DNA of 64,000 bases from Pirellulales bacterium. Lineage in GTDB: Bacteria > Planctomycetota > Planctomycetia > Pirellulales > PALSA-1355. The stretch covers positions 1,664,001 to 1,728,000 of the forward strand of contig CAVTBU010000005.1 in the NCBI GenBank assembly GCA_963733035.1, given 5' to 3'. How positions within the stretch are numbered: the first letter of the stretch is position 1; each line of letters opens with the position of its first letter. The notes below the pieces were generated by a model. The model was not told the DNA's origin and made no database searches. It was given only the letters and a program-made list of their open reading frames with translations. The translations under genes were made by a program, and so were the position numbers. Below, piece by piece: positions 43,923 through 53,911 of the stretch.

Positions 43923-44452
43923 GGTTCCACTCCCACGCCTTCCAGTGCCGCTAGCTCGCGCCGCAACCGGGCGCGGGCTCGATGCAGGCGGCTTTCGACG
44001 GCGCTTTCGCTTGCGCCCAGATGTTGGGCCAGTTGTTCGTAACTCCAGTTTTCGGTGTATTTCAGCAGCAGGATCTCGGCCTCGCGCCGCGGCAGACGCC
44101 GAATAGCCTGGCGGACCAGGTCCTGCCGTTCGTCGGCCAGCAGCCATTCGAGCGGATCGAGCGTGCGACCGTCGTGCTCGCTCGGCGGCTGGCGCTGGGC
44201 AAAGCCGCGCGTCAGTTTTCGCCAGCGCCCCTGCCGGCGGCGATACAGTAGCGCTTGCGTCACCGCCAGGCGGTACAACCACGGGGCCACCTTCGCCGTG
44301 TCGCTCAGCGGCGCCTGCTGCTTGACTGCCGCCAGGGCAACCTCCTGCATTACTTCGTCCACGGCCGCGCTCTCGCCGACTCGCGCAAGCACCACCGTTC
44401 GCAACCAGCGGTCGTGTTCGATGAGCGTAACTTGCCAGTTCACAGGCGGCAT
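43919..44452 (-). CDS. ECF RNA polymerase sigma factor
   Basis: VDEVMQEV, PWLYRLAV, LPRREAEILLLKY, WSYEQLA, VESRLHRAR. Confidence 0.92.
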   Translation of the reverse strand: MPPVNWQVTLIEHDRWLRTVVLARVGESAAVDEVMQEVALAAVKQQAPLSDTAKVAPWLYRLAVTQALLYRRRQGRWRKLTRGFAQRQPPSEHDGRTLDPLEWLLADERQDLVRQAIRRLPRREAEILLLKYTENWSYEQLAQHLGASESAVESRLHRARARLRRELAALEGVGVEP

Positions 44453-44529
44453 CGGTTGGATCCAGCTCGGACGATGCGGTAGTCCTTAGAGGTCCATGTC
44501 TGTACCAGCATTTCGCCGCCGACAACCAA

Positions 44530-44563
44530 TAGTTGCCGCCCGGGCCGGCGTCTTGCGAAAAAA
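44530..44563 (-). promoter_or_regulatory. Candidate ECF-type (autoregulatory) promoter
   Basis: Minus strand reads TTTTTT-C-GCAAG-N16-CAACTA, ~80 bp upstream of the sigma ATG. Confidence 0.35.
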
Positions 44564-44709
44564 ATCCGGCCAAGGCCATTTTTCCCGGCGAAAGCGCCTA
44601 CGGTTGTCCGCGATTATACGGCCGGGGCTGCCCCGTTTTCAGTTGGCCCCCCCTGCCCTAGAATGCGAACTAACCGATTCACGCTCCGAAGCATTCCTGG
44701 ATCCCACCC

Positions 44710-45285
44710 ATGGCCCACAAGCCCCAATGCTGGCTCATGAAGTCCGAGCCAGATTGCTTTTCCATCCAGCACCTGGCTGCCAGCCCCAACCAGACGACGT
44801 TTTGGAGCGGCGTGCGCAATTACCAGGCACGCAACTTCATGAAGGCCATGCAGGTTGGCGACCGCGTCCTGTATTACCACTCGGGCGCGGAACCGCCAGC
44901 CGTGGCCGGTACGGCGATCGTCGTGCGCGAAGCCTATCCCGATCACACCGCGCTCGACCCCCAAGACGACCACTTCGATCCCAAGGCCTCGAAAGAGAAT
45001 CCGATTTGGGAGATGGTGGATATCCGACTCGACGAGATTTTTCCGCAGCCAATTCCCATCGGCACATTGCGGGGCGTGAAAGAACTGGCCGGGATGGAAC
45101 TCTTGAAAAAGGGCTCGCGCCTGTCGGTGCAACCGGTTCGACCGCGTGAGCTCGAAGTCGTGCTCGCGCTTGCGGAAAGCGCCGCGGGCTCAATGCCCAC
45201 GGCCAAGCCTGCGAAGAAAAAATCGTCGACCAAGAAGAACTCGCCCAAATCTGGCGCGAAGAAGAAACCCGTTCGGGCCAGGTAG
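44710..45285 (+). CDS. EVE domain protein with Lys-rich C-terminal tail
   Basis: WLMKSEP, WSGVRNYQARN, GDRVLYYHS, SRLSVQPV; tail KPAKKKSSTKKNSPKSGAKKKPVRAR. Confidence 0.93.
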   Translation: MAHKPQCWLMKSEPDCFSIQHLAASPNQTTFWSGVRNYQARNFMKAMQVGDRVLYYHSGAEPPAVAGTAIVVREAYPDHTALDPQDDHFDPKASKENPIWEMVDIRLDEIFPQPIPIGTLRGVKELAGMELLKKGSRLSVQPVRPRELEVVLALAESAAGSMPTAKPAKKKSSTKKNSPKSGAKKKPVRAR

Positions 45286-45306
45286 TCCGCTCCGGCGCAT
45301 GAATTC

Positions 45307-46503
45307 ATGACCTCACCGCGTAACGATGCACTCGACTGGATCGACCAGGAACTCGCGGATCTCGCACAAAACGGGTTATTGCGCGAGCTGTCGACGCACG
45401 CGGGGGCCCAGCAGGTACGTCTAAAAATCGATGGCCGCGAGTTCGTCAACTTCGGATCGAACGACTACCTGGGTCTGGCCGCCGATTCGCGACTGGCGGC
45501 CGCGGCGATCGCAGCATCGCGCCGCGAAGGGACCGGCGCGGGCTCCAGCCCATTGGTTACCGGACACGCAGCCGCCCACCAGAAACTCGAGGCGGCCTTG
45601 GCTGCGTTTGAAGGGACCGAGCGGGCACTCGTCTTTGCCAGTGGATATGCGGCCAACATGGGCGCCATTTCGGCACTGGCCGGCAGCGGCGATGCGGTCT
45701 ATTCCGATCAAAAGAACCACGCCAGCATGATCGACGGTTGTCGCTTGTCGCGAGCCGACGTGCACATTTATCCGCATCGCGACGCGAATGCCCTGGCGGC
45801 ACAGTTGGCTCGCTCGGGCGTCTATCGTCGCCGTTTGATCGTCACCGAAAGCGTCTACAGCATGGACGGCGATTTGGCTCCGCTCGAAGAATTGGCAGAC
45901 CTGGCCGAGCGTTTCCACTGCATGTTGCTGGTCGATGAAGCCCATGCCACGGGGGTGTTCGGCGCCAACGGACGAGGACTGGCTGAGCAATTGGGTGTCG
46001 AAGAGCGCATTCACATCCGTATCGGAACCCTCAGCAAGGCCCTGGGCGCCGCTGGAGGATTCGTATGTGGCAGCGCATGGCTTGTGGAGTGGCTGATCAA
46101 TCGAGCCAGGCCCTATATTTTTTCCACGGCGCTGCCACCTGCCACTTGCGCTGCTGCTGAGGCCGCCCTGCGTTTGGTTGCCGAAGGCGCGGTCGATCGC
46201 GAGATGCTGCTGCAACGCGCCGAGATGCTACGGCGGCAGCTACGCAAACATGGTTGGGACGTCGGAAAAAGCGGCAGCCAGATTGTTCCGGTTTTTGTTG
46301 GCGAGGCGGAACGGGCCACGGAGTTATCGGGCCAATTGCGCGATGCCGGTTTATTGGTGCCGGCCATTCGGCCCCCCTCGGTGGCGAACGGCGAGGCGCT
46401 GCTCAGAATTAGCCTGACGGTCGACCATGCTCAGGAGTCGATTGACCGGCTCGCGGCCGCCCTGGGGGCGACAAAAGCCGCCGTCGCCTCGGCATCAAGG
46501 TAG
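45307..46503 (+). CDS. bioF: 8-amino-7-oxononanoate synthase
   Basis: GSNDYLGL, NHASMIDG, SMDGD, VDEAHATG, GTLSKA (PLP Lys), AIRPPSV. Confidence 0.93.
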   Translation: MTSPRNDALDWIDQELADLAQNGLLRELSTHAGAQQVRLKIDGREFVNFGSNDYLGLAADSRLAAAAIAASRREGTGAGSSPLVTGHAAAHQKLEAALAAFEGTERALVFASGYAANMGAISALAGSGDAVYSDQKNHASMIDGCRLSRADVHIYPHRDANALAAQLARSGVYRRRLIVTESVYSMDGDLAPLEELADLAERFHCMLLVDEAHATGVFGANGRGLAEQLGVEERIHIRIGTLSKALGAAGGFVCGSAWLVEWLINRARPYIFSTALPPATCAAAEAALRLVAEGAVDREMLLQRAEMLRRQLRKHGWDVGKSGSQIVPVFVGEAERATELSGQLRDAGLLVPAIRPPSVANGEALLRISLTVDHAQESIDRLAAALGATKAAVASASR

Positions 46504-46607
46504 GCGGCTGGCGAACCCTCGGACGTCACCGTGGCGGGGTCCGATTGTGGGGATTACTCTGAGCGCAAAGTCTTTGCCCGGGAGCGGTTTAGGCCCGTTG
46601 AGAAAGC

Positions 46608-46636
46608 TTGACACCCGCGGCGGGGGCATCTAGTAT
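46608..46636 (+). promoter_or_regulatory. Sigma-70 promoter
   Basis: TTGACA (46608-13), 17-nt spacer, TAGTAT (46631-36). Confidence 0.65.
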
Positions 46637-46732
46637 CGATATTTACCCCACAGTGCCTCAATTCGCACGTTGCGGCGCCGTCGGCCCTTCGGCTTTCTCG
46701 TTTGATTTTGCTCCCACTCGCGAAGCGGCGAT

Positions 46733-47962
46733 ATGGCATACGTTCTGTTAGGCATCCTGGTGCTGGGCCTGGTGGCCTCCATCTACATTGCCTTCATGAG
46801 CTCCAGGACCTGGCCGATCTATCAGGCCGTGCTCGTGGTCTTTGTGTTCATCGCGGCGCTGGCGTTTTTCTATTTGGGCGCTCGCACGCTGGCCACCCAC
46901 AAGGCCTGGCGCGAGCTGTACGAAAGGAATCAACAGCAGGCCACCAACCTGGAAAAGCAATTGTTGCCGCTCGTCGGTGGGATCGATCCGCAAGGCACGG
47001 GCGTAACCGGTGAAATACCCACGCTGAAAAACGATCTGGCACTGGCCGTCGCTGCGCGTGGCGGCGGCGTGTACTACAGCGTCAAGGCCGATGCCTGGCA
47101 AGACGGTGTCTTGCAGGTGACGCTCAGCCCGCCGGGAACTCTGCCACCGTTGCCGGCCGCGGCGACCGGAGAACCGGGCGCCCCGGGCGCTGAGGGGCAA
47201 CCTGCCGAAGAACTTCCTGTCGAGCAACCCCCTGCCGAAGCACCGGCGGCCGAAGGTGCCGAAGGCGCGGGCGCCGAAGCGAAGAAAATTGTCCACGGGC
47301 TGGTGGCCGACACGATCCTGTTCGTCTTCGATCAGAAGCCGCTGAAGGAGGGTGGAACCTACTTGGGGGAATTCAAAGTCGTCGAAGCCGCACCCGATAG
47401 TCCCAGCGCGAAGTTGACGCCCAATCTGCCGCTCACCGATGCCCAGGCGAAGCGGATGGAAACGATCGCGCCCGGCCTGCTCGTAATGTATACGACGATG
47501 CCGCCCGACGATGCGTCGCTGTTTGCCAAGATGGAACCAGCAGCCCGCCAGGCGCTGCTGCCGCCCCAGACCGCCGAGGAATATGCCCAAGCCGATCGCC
47601 CGCTGCGCGACTACCACGCGTTCTTCCACGAGAACTACGTGCAACGCGGGTTGCTGTCGGACGCGATTTCGCAAACCAACAGCAACATCCAGCGCGTCGA
47701 GGCGGCCGCCGCCGAAACCACCAAGGAAGCCGGTTACCGCGAAGCCGAACAAGGAAAGCTCGCCGGCGATCTCGAGAAATTCCAGGCCGAGGTCAAAGCC
47801 ATCGCCGCTTACGAGCAATCGCTCAAGAAGGTGTTGGGCCAGGTGCGAGACCAGTTGAAGGCCACCTACATCGAGAATCGCAATGCAGCGGAAACGCTCA
47901 CGCGCGAACAGCTCAAGGCCGCCGAGGAAATCAACCGCCGAACCAACGTGGCCGCCAGCTAG
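46733..47962 (+). CDS. Hypothetical membrane protein (two N-terminal TM helices, C-terminal coiled coil)
   Basis: 409-aa ORF with strong GC3 bias downstream of a consensus promoter. Confidence 0.8.
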   Translation: MAYVLLGILVLGLVASIYIAFMSSRTWPIYQAVLVVFVFIAALAFFYLGARTLATHKAWRELYERNQQQATNLEKQLLPLVGGIDPQGTGVTGEIPTLKNDLALAVAARGGGVYYSVKADAWQDGVLQVTLSPPGTLPPLPAAATGEPGAPGAEGQPAEELPVEQPPAEAPAAEGAEGAGAEAKKIVHGLVADTILFVFDQKPLKEGGTYLGEFKVVEAAPDSPSAKLTPNLPLTDAQAKRMETIAPGLLVMYTTMPPDDASLFAKMEPAARQALLPPQTAEEYAQADRPLRDYHAFFHENYVQRGLLSDAISQTNSNIQRVEAAAAETTKEAGYREAEQGKLAGDLEKFQAEVKAIAAYEQSLKKVLGQVRDQLKATYIENRNAAETLTREQLKAAEEINRRTNVAAS

Positions 47963-48237
47963 CCTCTTCGGCTCTCTTGGACGTGGTTGGCGGCTGGAAT
48001 CCGTGGCTCCAGCTATTTTTGGCGGCAAATCACGACCTGGCTGCACTTTCCGCTGACCCGCGCGTGCGATATCCTTCCTTAGCAGTGGATTGAGATTGCC
48101 GGCTCCCAGGCCTGGGCCAAAACAGCGCGATTCGAGCACGTCGTCGGCCAGCGGGGACAACTGCGCGATCCCTTTCGCATCCAACGTCAGCCACCGACCT
48201 GTCCCCGCGAGAGCGGCCCACGTTTGCGAGCGACTTC

Positions 48238-49086
48238 ATGGGCATCTACGATCGAGCCTACCTGCAAGAGGAAGAGCACAGCGGCGCCTGGTCGCCCGGC
48301 CGTTCGATGGTGACCAATCTGATCATCGTCAACGTGGTGATCTGGCTGTCCGGAGCCGTTTTTGAAGCGCAACTCGTGGAGTGGATGGCGCTGAAGAGCA
48401 ACCTCTTCACGCATCCCTGGCAAGCCTGGCAACTCGTAACGTATGGTTTTGCCCACGCCGGGGCGGCACATCTCCTGTTCAACATGCTAGGGCTATTCTT
48501 TTTCGGCCGCGAACTCGAGGGCATCTACGGTCGCTACGAATTCCTGCGAATCTACCTGGTGGCGATCGTGCTGGCCGGCTTGGTGTGGGTCGCCATGACT
48601 GCCAGCCAAATGGGCATGGCGGAACTCGTGGGCGCCTCGGGCGGGGTGATGGCAATCGTGTTTCTGTGGGTGCTGCATTTCCCCACGCGGCTCGTCTACA
48701 TCTGGGGCGTGCTGCCGGTGCCTGGTTGGGCATTGGGTACGTTTTTTGTCGTGGGCGATCTGCTCGGTCTGGTCAGTCAAGGGGGAGGGGGCGGGCCGCA
48801 GGTGGCCAACATCGCGCATCTGGCGGGCGTCGGCTTTGCCTGGATTTACTATCGCACCAAGATGAACCTCGGGCGTTTCGTACCCCGTCGGCTCGGCGAC
48901 CTGAAGCCGCGGCTGAATCGCCCCAAACTGCGAATTCACGATCCGGAGACCGAATCGCGGAACTTGAGTCGCGAGGTTGATGCCATTCTGGAAAAGATCA
49001 GCCGCGAAGGGGAAGACAGCTTGACCAAGAAGGAGCGGCGCACGCTCGAAGAAGCAAGCCGCCGCTATCAACGCCGCCGCAGCTAG
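48238..49086 (+). CDS. Rhomboid family intramembrane serine protease
   Basis: WQLVTYGFAH, HLLFNM, GASG catalytic Ser, AHLAG catalytic His; C-terminal VDAILEKISREGEDSLT helical domain. Confidence 0.93.
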   Translation: MGIYDRAYLQEEEHSGAWSPGRSMVTNLIIVNVVIWLSGAVFEAQLVEWMALKSNLFTHPWQAWQLVTYGFAHAGAAHLLFNMLGLFFFGRELEGIYGRYEFLRIYLVAIVLAGLVWVAMTASQMGMAELVGASGGVMAIVFLWVLHFPTRLVYIWGVLPVPGWALGTFFVVGDLLGLVSQGGGGGPQVANIAHLAGVGFAWIYYRTKMNLGRFVPRRLGDLKPRLNRPKLRIHDPETESRNLSREVDAILEKISREGEDSLTKKERRTLEEASRRYQRRRS

Positions 49087-49387
49087 AGGCCCTCGCGACC
49101 TCGGTGGCGCCGGGGCGACAACATAGACTTGGTAATTCGGGCGAAGGGGCCACCCCCGGCGAGACCTCGCGATCGGGTCGGTTTTTCGTTACGAGAAATT
49201 GCGCCGTGCGGCCGGCCCGCCGCTGGCCAATATGCCATACTTGCTGGGCAGGGTTTTGCTCGTCCAGGGAGGCCTCTCGGCGGGAAAATTCGCGTCGCAA
49301 GGCGGTTGGGGACTTGACGTTTGCCAGGGTGCTGTCATAGGCTGCCCAGCAGCGGGGCGGGTGACGCTGCCGGGGTCCCAAATGACC

Positions 49388-49415
49388 TTGTCCAGTCAAG
49401 GTGTGCCCCTATAAT
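49388..49415 (+). promoter_or_regulatory. Sigma-70 promoter for tRNA-Gly/tig
   Basis: TTGTCC (49388-93), 16-nt spacer, TATAAT (49410-15). Confidence 0.5.
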
Positions 49416-49471
49416 CCGTTGTCCCCAAGCTTGTCGACCGGATCCCTGCTTGCGGGTGGTGGACCGTGCAA

Positions 49472-49544
49472 GCGGGTGTAGCTCAGTTGGTAGAGCACGA
49501 CGTTGCCAACGTCGTTGTCGTGGGTTCGAATCCCATCACCCGCT
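49472..49544 (+). tRNA. tRNA-Gly (anticodon GCC), CCA not encoded
   Basis: Cloverleaf: acceptor GCGGGTG/CACCCGC, D arm GCTC/GAGC, anticodon stem CGACG/CGTCG with loop TTGCCAA, T arm GTGGG-TTCGAAT-CCCAT. Confidence 0.97.
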
Positions 49545-49710
49545 CTTTTGCTTGCCCGAGCAGCGTGCACCCTGGATTTTGCCGGCTCGACGCATGTCGA
49601 GTTCGCGAGTGAGTACGGACAGTAGCCAATAGCAGGGCCGGACTTACAAACGTCCGCCAAATCGAACCAATCGGCGTGCAATCGCCAACCGAACCCATCA
49701 GAAGCGACCC

Positions 49711-51201
49711 ATGATGTCTGCCCCCGAGAACCCAGCCGTGGCCGAGGAAGCCGCGGAAAGTGAAGATCAGAAGCTGAACCTCAGCATCAAGGTCGACAGT
49801 CCGTCGGCTTGTGAGCGGCACGTCACCGTGACAATTCCGCGCGAGGATATTGATCGCTACTACGACAAGTCGTTCAGCGAACTAATGGGCACGGCCACGG
49901 TCCCCGGCTTTCGCGCCGGCCGCGCTCCGCGCAAACTGATTGAGTCGCGCTTCAAGAAGGAAGTGGCCGATCAGGTCAAAAGCTCGCTGCTCATGGACAG
50001 CATGACGCAGATCACCGAGGACGAAAAATTCTCGGCGATCAGCGAGCCGGATTTCGATCCACTGGCGGTCGAGCTTCCCGACGACGGTCCGATGACGTTT
50101 GAATTCAACATCGAGGTCCGCCCCGAATTCGACTTGCCGGAGTGGAGGGGGCTGAAGGTCGAGCGTCCGGTGCGCGAGTTCGAGGCGAAAGACATCGACA
50201 AGCGGCTCGAACAGATCCTGGCACGTCACGGACGCCTGGTTCCGCACAAAGGTGCCGCCGAGAGCGGTGACTACATTAGCTGCAACCTGACGTTCAAGAA
50301 CGGCGCGGTCGAGCTGTCGAGCGCGAAGGAGGAAGTCATCCGGCTGCGTCCGGTACTGAGCTTCCGCGACGGCAAGATCGAGGACTTCGACAAGCTCATG
50401 AAAGGAGTCAAGGCCGGCGAAACTCGCGAGGCCGCGGCCAAGATCTCCGGCGATGCCCCCAACGAATCGCTGCGAAACCAAGAGATCACGGCGGTCTTCG
50501 AGGTGCTGGAAGTCAAAAAGCTCGACCTGCCCAAGCTCGACGCCAATCTGCTTGAGGAGATGGGCGGCTTTGCCAACGAGGGCGAGTTGCGGGATGCGAT
50601 CGCCGAGGACCTCAAGCGCCAACTCGAGTATCACCAGCAACAGGAGGCCCGGCGGCAAATCACCGCTTCGCTAACCGAGAGTGCCGACTGGCAGTTGCCC
50701 CCCGATTTGCTCCGACGTCAGGCGCGTCGCGAGTTGGAACGAGCCGTGCTCGAATTGCGCCGCAACGGGTTCAGTGACCAGGAAATCAGGGCCTACGAGA
50801 ACGACCTGCGGCAAAACAGCCTGACTTCCACGGCCAAGGCCCTCAAGGAACACTTTATCCTGGAGCGGATTGCGGAGGACCAGAACATCGAGGCCGAGCC
50901 GGACGATTACGATCAGGAAGTCAAATTGATCGCCGTGCAAAGCGGCGAGAGCGTTCGCCGTGTGCGGGCGCGCCTCGACAAGGGTGGCCTGATGGACGCA
51001 CTGCGAAACCAGATCATCGAACGCAAGGTGATCGAACTGGTGCTGTCGGAGGCCAAATTCAAGGATGTGAAGTACAAACCCGAAGGCGTCGACACCGAGG
51101 CAATCGAACAGACCGCCGGTGGCGAAGACGAACCGGAAATTCCCGAGGCCAAGAGCCCCGGCGAGGCCGAGCCGTTGCGCGCGGCGAAGGAACACGACTA
51201 G
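49711..51201 (+). CDS. tig: Trigger factor
   Basis: Ribosome-binding motif VPGFRAGRAP, IEVRPEF, FKBP-like domain, located upstream of clpP. Confidence 0.95.
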   Translation: MMSAPENPAVAEEAAESEDQKLNLSIKVDSPSACERHVTVTIPREDIDRYYDKSFSELMGTATVPGFRAGRAPRKLIESRFKKEVADQVKSSLLMDSMTQITEDEKFSAISEPDFDPLAVELPDDGPMTFEFNIEVRPEFDLPEWRGLKVERPVREFEAKDIDKRLEQILARHGRLVPHKGAAESGDYISCNLTFKNGAVELSSAKEEVIRLRPVLSFRDGKIEDFDKLMKGVKAGETREAAAKISGDAPNESLRNQEITAVFEVLEVKKLDLPKLDANLLEEMGGFANEGELRDAIAEDLKRQLEYHQQQEARRQITASLTESADWQLPPDLLRRQARRELERAVLELRRNGFSDQEIRAYENDLRQNSLTSTAKALKEHFILERIAEDQNIEAEPDDYDQEVKLIAVQSGESVRRVRARLDKGGLMDALRNQIIERKVIELVLSEAKFKDVKYKPEGVDTEAIEQTAGGEDEPEIPEAKSPGEAEPLRAAKEHD

Positions 51202-51376
51202 TCATAGGGAGCCAACGAGTTGGGACCGCACGGAAGCGAAGCTGGCCCGACTCAGCCCGGCCCGAGGCGCGGCGGCGCAAGCCAGACCTCGAAGTACGAC
51301 GGGCAATGATACGATCGCTTTCCGACCGCGCCGGCGAATCGCGCCGGACGCGCGGCGAACATAAGGATACGCACAC

Positions 51377-51970
51377 ATGTCTTATCGCGACTACCAGCGC
51401 CAGCGGCAGATGACGCTTGGCGACTTGCTGCTGGAAAACCGCATCATTCTGTTGCAGGGCGAAATTCACGACGGGAATGCCAACGAAATCGTGATGAAAC
51501 TGTTGTACCTGCAAAGCGAAAATCGCCGTAAGCCAATCCATTTTTACATCAACTCGCCAGGCGGCAGCGTCACCGCCACGCTGGCGATCTACGACACGAT
51601 GCAGATCTGCAGCTGCGATGTGGCGACTTACTGCGTCGGCCTTGCCGCGAGCGGCGGCGCGGTGCTGTTGGCTGGCGGAGCCAAAGGTAAACGTTTCGCC
51701 CTGCCGCACGCCAAGGTCATGATTCACCAGCCTTACGGCCAGGTGGGCGGCCAGGTTTCCGACATCGAGATTCAGGCCGACGAGATCGTCAAGACGCGCG
51801 AAGTACTCAACAAAGTGCTGGCCAATCATACCGGACAGCCTCTCGAGCGAATCGCCAAGGACACCGACCGTGACTACTACATGAACTCGGAGGAGGCCAA
51901 AGCCTACGGCATCGTGGATGACATCCTCACCCGAGCTCCGGCGACCGCCGCCGACGAAGACAAAGACTAA
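51377..51970 (+). CDS. clpP: ATP-dependent Clp protease proteolytic subunit (first paralog)
   Basis: [15 protein letters not shown] (Ser), MIHQP (His), DTDRD (Asp). Confidence 0.95.
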   Translation: MSYRDYQRQRQMTLGDLLLENRIILLQGEIHDGNANEIVMKLLYLQSENRRKPIHFYINSPGGSVTATLAIYDTMQICSCDVATYCVGLAASGGAVLLAGGAKGKRFALPHAKVMIHQPYGQVGGQVSDIEIQADEIVKTREVLNKVLANHTGQPLERIAKDTDRDYYMNSEEAKAYGIVDDILTRAPATAADEDKD

Positions 51971-52017
51971 CACCCAGCTCTGCACCGCGCCCCACGGCGC
52001 GGAGGAGAATCCTGATC

Positions 52018-52635
52018 ATGCCTCTGATTCCCTATGTCGTCGAAAAGAGTGGCCGCGAAGAGCGCGCCATGGACATCTACAGCCGGTTGCTGAAAGATCG
52101 AATTATCTTTCTCGGCTCGCAAGTTAACGACGAGGTGGCCAATTCGATCGTCGCGCAGCTGTTGTTCCTGCAAAGCGAGGATCCCAAGGCCGACATCCAC
52201 CTGTACGTCAATTCCCCGGGTGGCAGCGTGACTGCGGGGCTGGCCATCTACGACACGATGCAATTCGTCGCTTGCGACGTGGCCACCTACTGCATCGGGC
52301 AGGCCGCGTCGATGGGCGCCGTGCTGCTGACCGCGGGAGCCCACGGCAAACGGCACGCGCTGCCCAACGCCCGCATCATGATCCACCAGCCGCTGGCTGG
52401 CATGGAAGGCACGGCCGAGGAAATCATGATTCACGCCACGGAATTCAAAAAGGTAAAAGCCAAGCTCAACAGCATCCTGATCAAGCACACGGGTCATCCG
52501 CTGGAACAGATCGAACGCGACACCGACCGCGACCGCTTCATGACCGCCGAGGAAGCCATGGATTACAAGCTGATCGATCAGGTCATCGAGCACATGGAGG
52601 CCAAGTCGATCAGCAAGGCCGAATCGCAATCTTAA
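52018..52635 (+). CDS. clpP: ATP-dependent Clp protease proteolytic subunit (second paralog)
   Basis: MPLIPYVVE…[37 protein letters not shown] Shine-Dalgarno. Confidence 0.96.
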   Translation: MPLIPYVVEKSGREERAMDIYSRLLKDRIIFLGSQVNDEVANSIVAQLLFLQSEDPKADIHLYVNSPGGSVTAGLAIYDTMQFVACDVATYCIGQAASMGAVLLTAGAHGKRHALPNARIMIHQPLAGMEGTAEEIMIHATEFKKVKAKLNSILIKHTGHPLEQIERDTDRDRFMTAEEAMDYKLIDQVIEHMEAKSISKAESQS

Positions 52636-52889
52636 CGATCAAAAACACTGCCAGGTTTTTCGGCTAAAACAAATCGCGAAGTCACTTTCGCGCGAATCGT
52701 AACGGCCCGCTGCAGGACGTGGCGGGCCAAACCGGGGTGCCTCACCTCCCGCAATGGGCACGCCGGATGAGTTGACTAACTGGGTTGGCAATCGCGATAC
52801 CACGAGCCGCCGGCAACGGATCCGACGGCGGCCGGCGTGGGCTTTGTCATCCCAAAACCGCAATCGATTTTCTGTCGCATGAGGCGCAC

Positions 52890-53882
52890 ATGAGAACGTT
52901 GCCCCTGGCCTTTGCCCTGCTGCTCGGTAGCCTCGCGCTGGGGTGCCGCTCGAACAACACGCAAGTGCTGGTCGAACAAGAGGCGCGGATGCTCGAGGAC
53001 GAAGTCTACAACCTCGAAGCCCAGTTGGATGCTTGCTGCCAGGCCCGCGAGGCGCTCGCCCGCGAAAACGAGGACCTTCGCCGCCAGCTTGCCGGCGGTG
53101 GCAGTGCCGGCAGCGATTATCTTCCGCCGTCCACTACGAAGCCGTCGCGCCGTGGCCCGCCGATGCCCGAAACACCGCAGCTGGAGGCCCCCACCATCGA
53201 ACTCCCCGAGGCAACCACCACGCCCCCCGACACGCTCATTCCCGGCAACGAGCAGCCGGCCATGCCCAGCCCCAACGAAGGAAGCGCCATCGGACGCCAA
53301 CCGGTCGATTTGGTTATCAACAAGCGCATGACCGGCGGCCTGGACCGCGATCGGACGGGCGGAGACGACGGCATCCTGGTCATGGTTGAACCGCGCGACG
53401 ACCAGGGAAGTTTAGCACGCACGCCCGGCGCCGTGTCGGTGGTGCTCATGGATCCGTCGCAAACCGGCGATGCCGCGCGCGTCGCCCGTTGGGATTTCCA
53501 GGCCAACGAGTTTGCCGAGCACTTCAAGCGGTCGGTCTTCGGTGAAGGCCTGCAATATGAACTCAAGTGGCCCGGCAAGCCCCCGGCCAATCGTGATCTG
53601 ATGCTGTTCGTGCGCTACATTTCGCCGGAAGGCACAAAGCTCACGAGCGACACCCCGCTGGCGATTCGCCTCGCCGGAGACTATCCGCGCGAAAGTCGCG
53701 AGGCGCTGGCTGCCGCCGAGGAAGATCCAAAACGCCCCGCACGCGCGGAAATCCGCGTGCCCGCGATAGACGAAAGGCCGCGCAAAATCGATACCGCCGA
53801 TCGCCGCGGCCGCCCGGACCAGCCGCTGATCGGGCCGCGCGAGGCAAAGCGCGATCTGCCGGAGTGGAAGCCGTACCGCTAG
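52890..53882 (+). CDS. Hypothetical lipoprotein (coiled coil, Pro-rich linker, globular domain)
   Basis: Lipobox LALGC, GAGG before ATG 52890. Confidence 0.78.
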   Translation: MRTLPLAFALLLGSLALGCRSNNTQVLVEQEARMLEDEVYNLEAQLDACCQAREALARENEDLRRQLAGGGSAGSDYLPPSTTKPSRRGPPMPETPQLEAPTIELPEATTTPPDTLIPGNEQPAMPSPNEGSAIGRQPVDLVINKRMTGGLDRDRTGGDDGILVMVEPRDDQGSLARTPGAVSVVLMDPSQTGDAARVARWDFQANEFAEHFKRSVFGEGLQYELKWPGKPPANRDLMLFVRYISPEGTKLTSDTPLAIRLAGDYPRESREALAAAEEDPKRPARAEIRVPAIDERPRKIDTADRRGRPDQPLIGPREAKRDLPEWKPYR

Positions 53883-53911
53883 CACGGTGACGTTGAACGC
53901 AACCGCGCGGG

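Noticed and set aside
43923..44579. N-terminal extension of the 464-aa ORF 43185-44579
   Set aside because: It overlaps the ECF sigma in another frame and is Arg/Gly/Pro-rich; the real gene starts at the ATGA overlap at 43922.
49472..49710. tRNA-Gly as an integration site for a genomic island
   Set aside because: No integrase and no duplicated tRNA 3' end seen; housekeeping tig-clpP follows directly.
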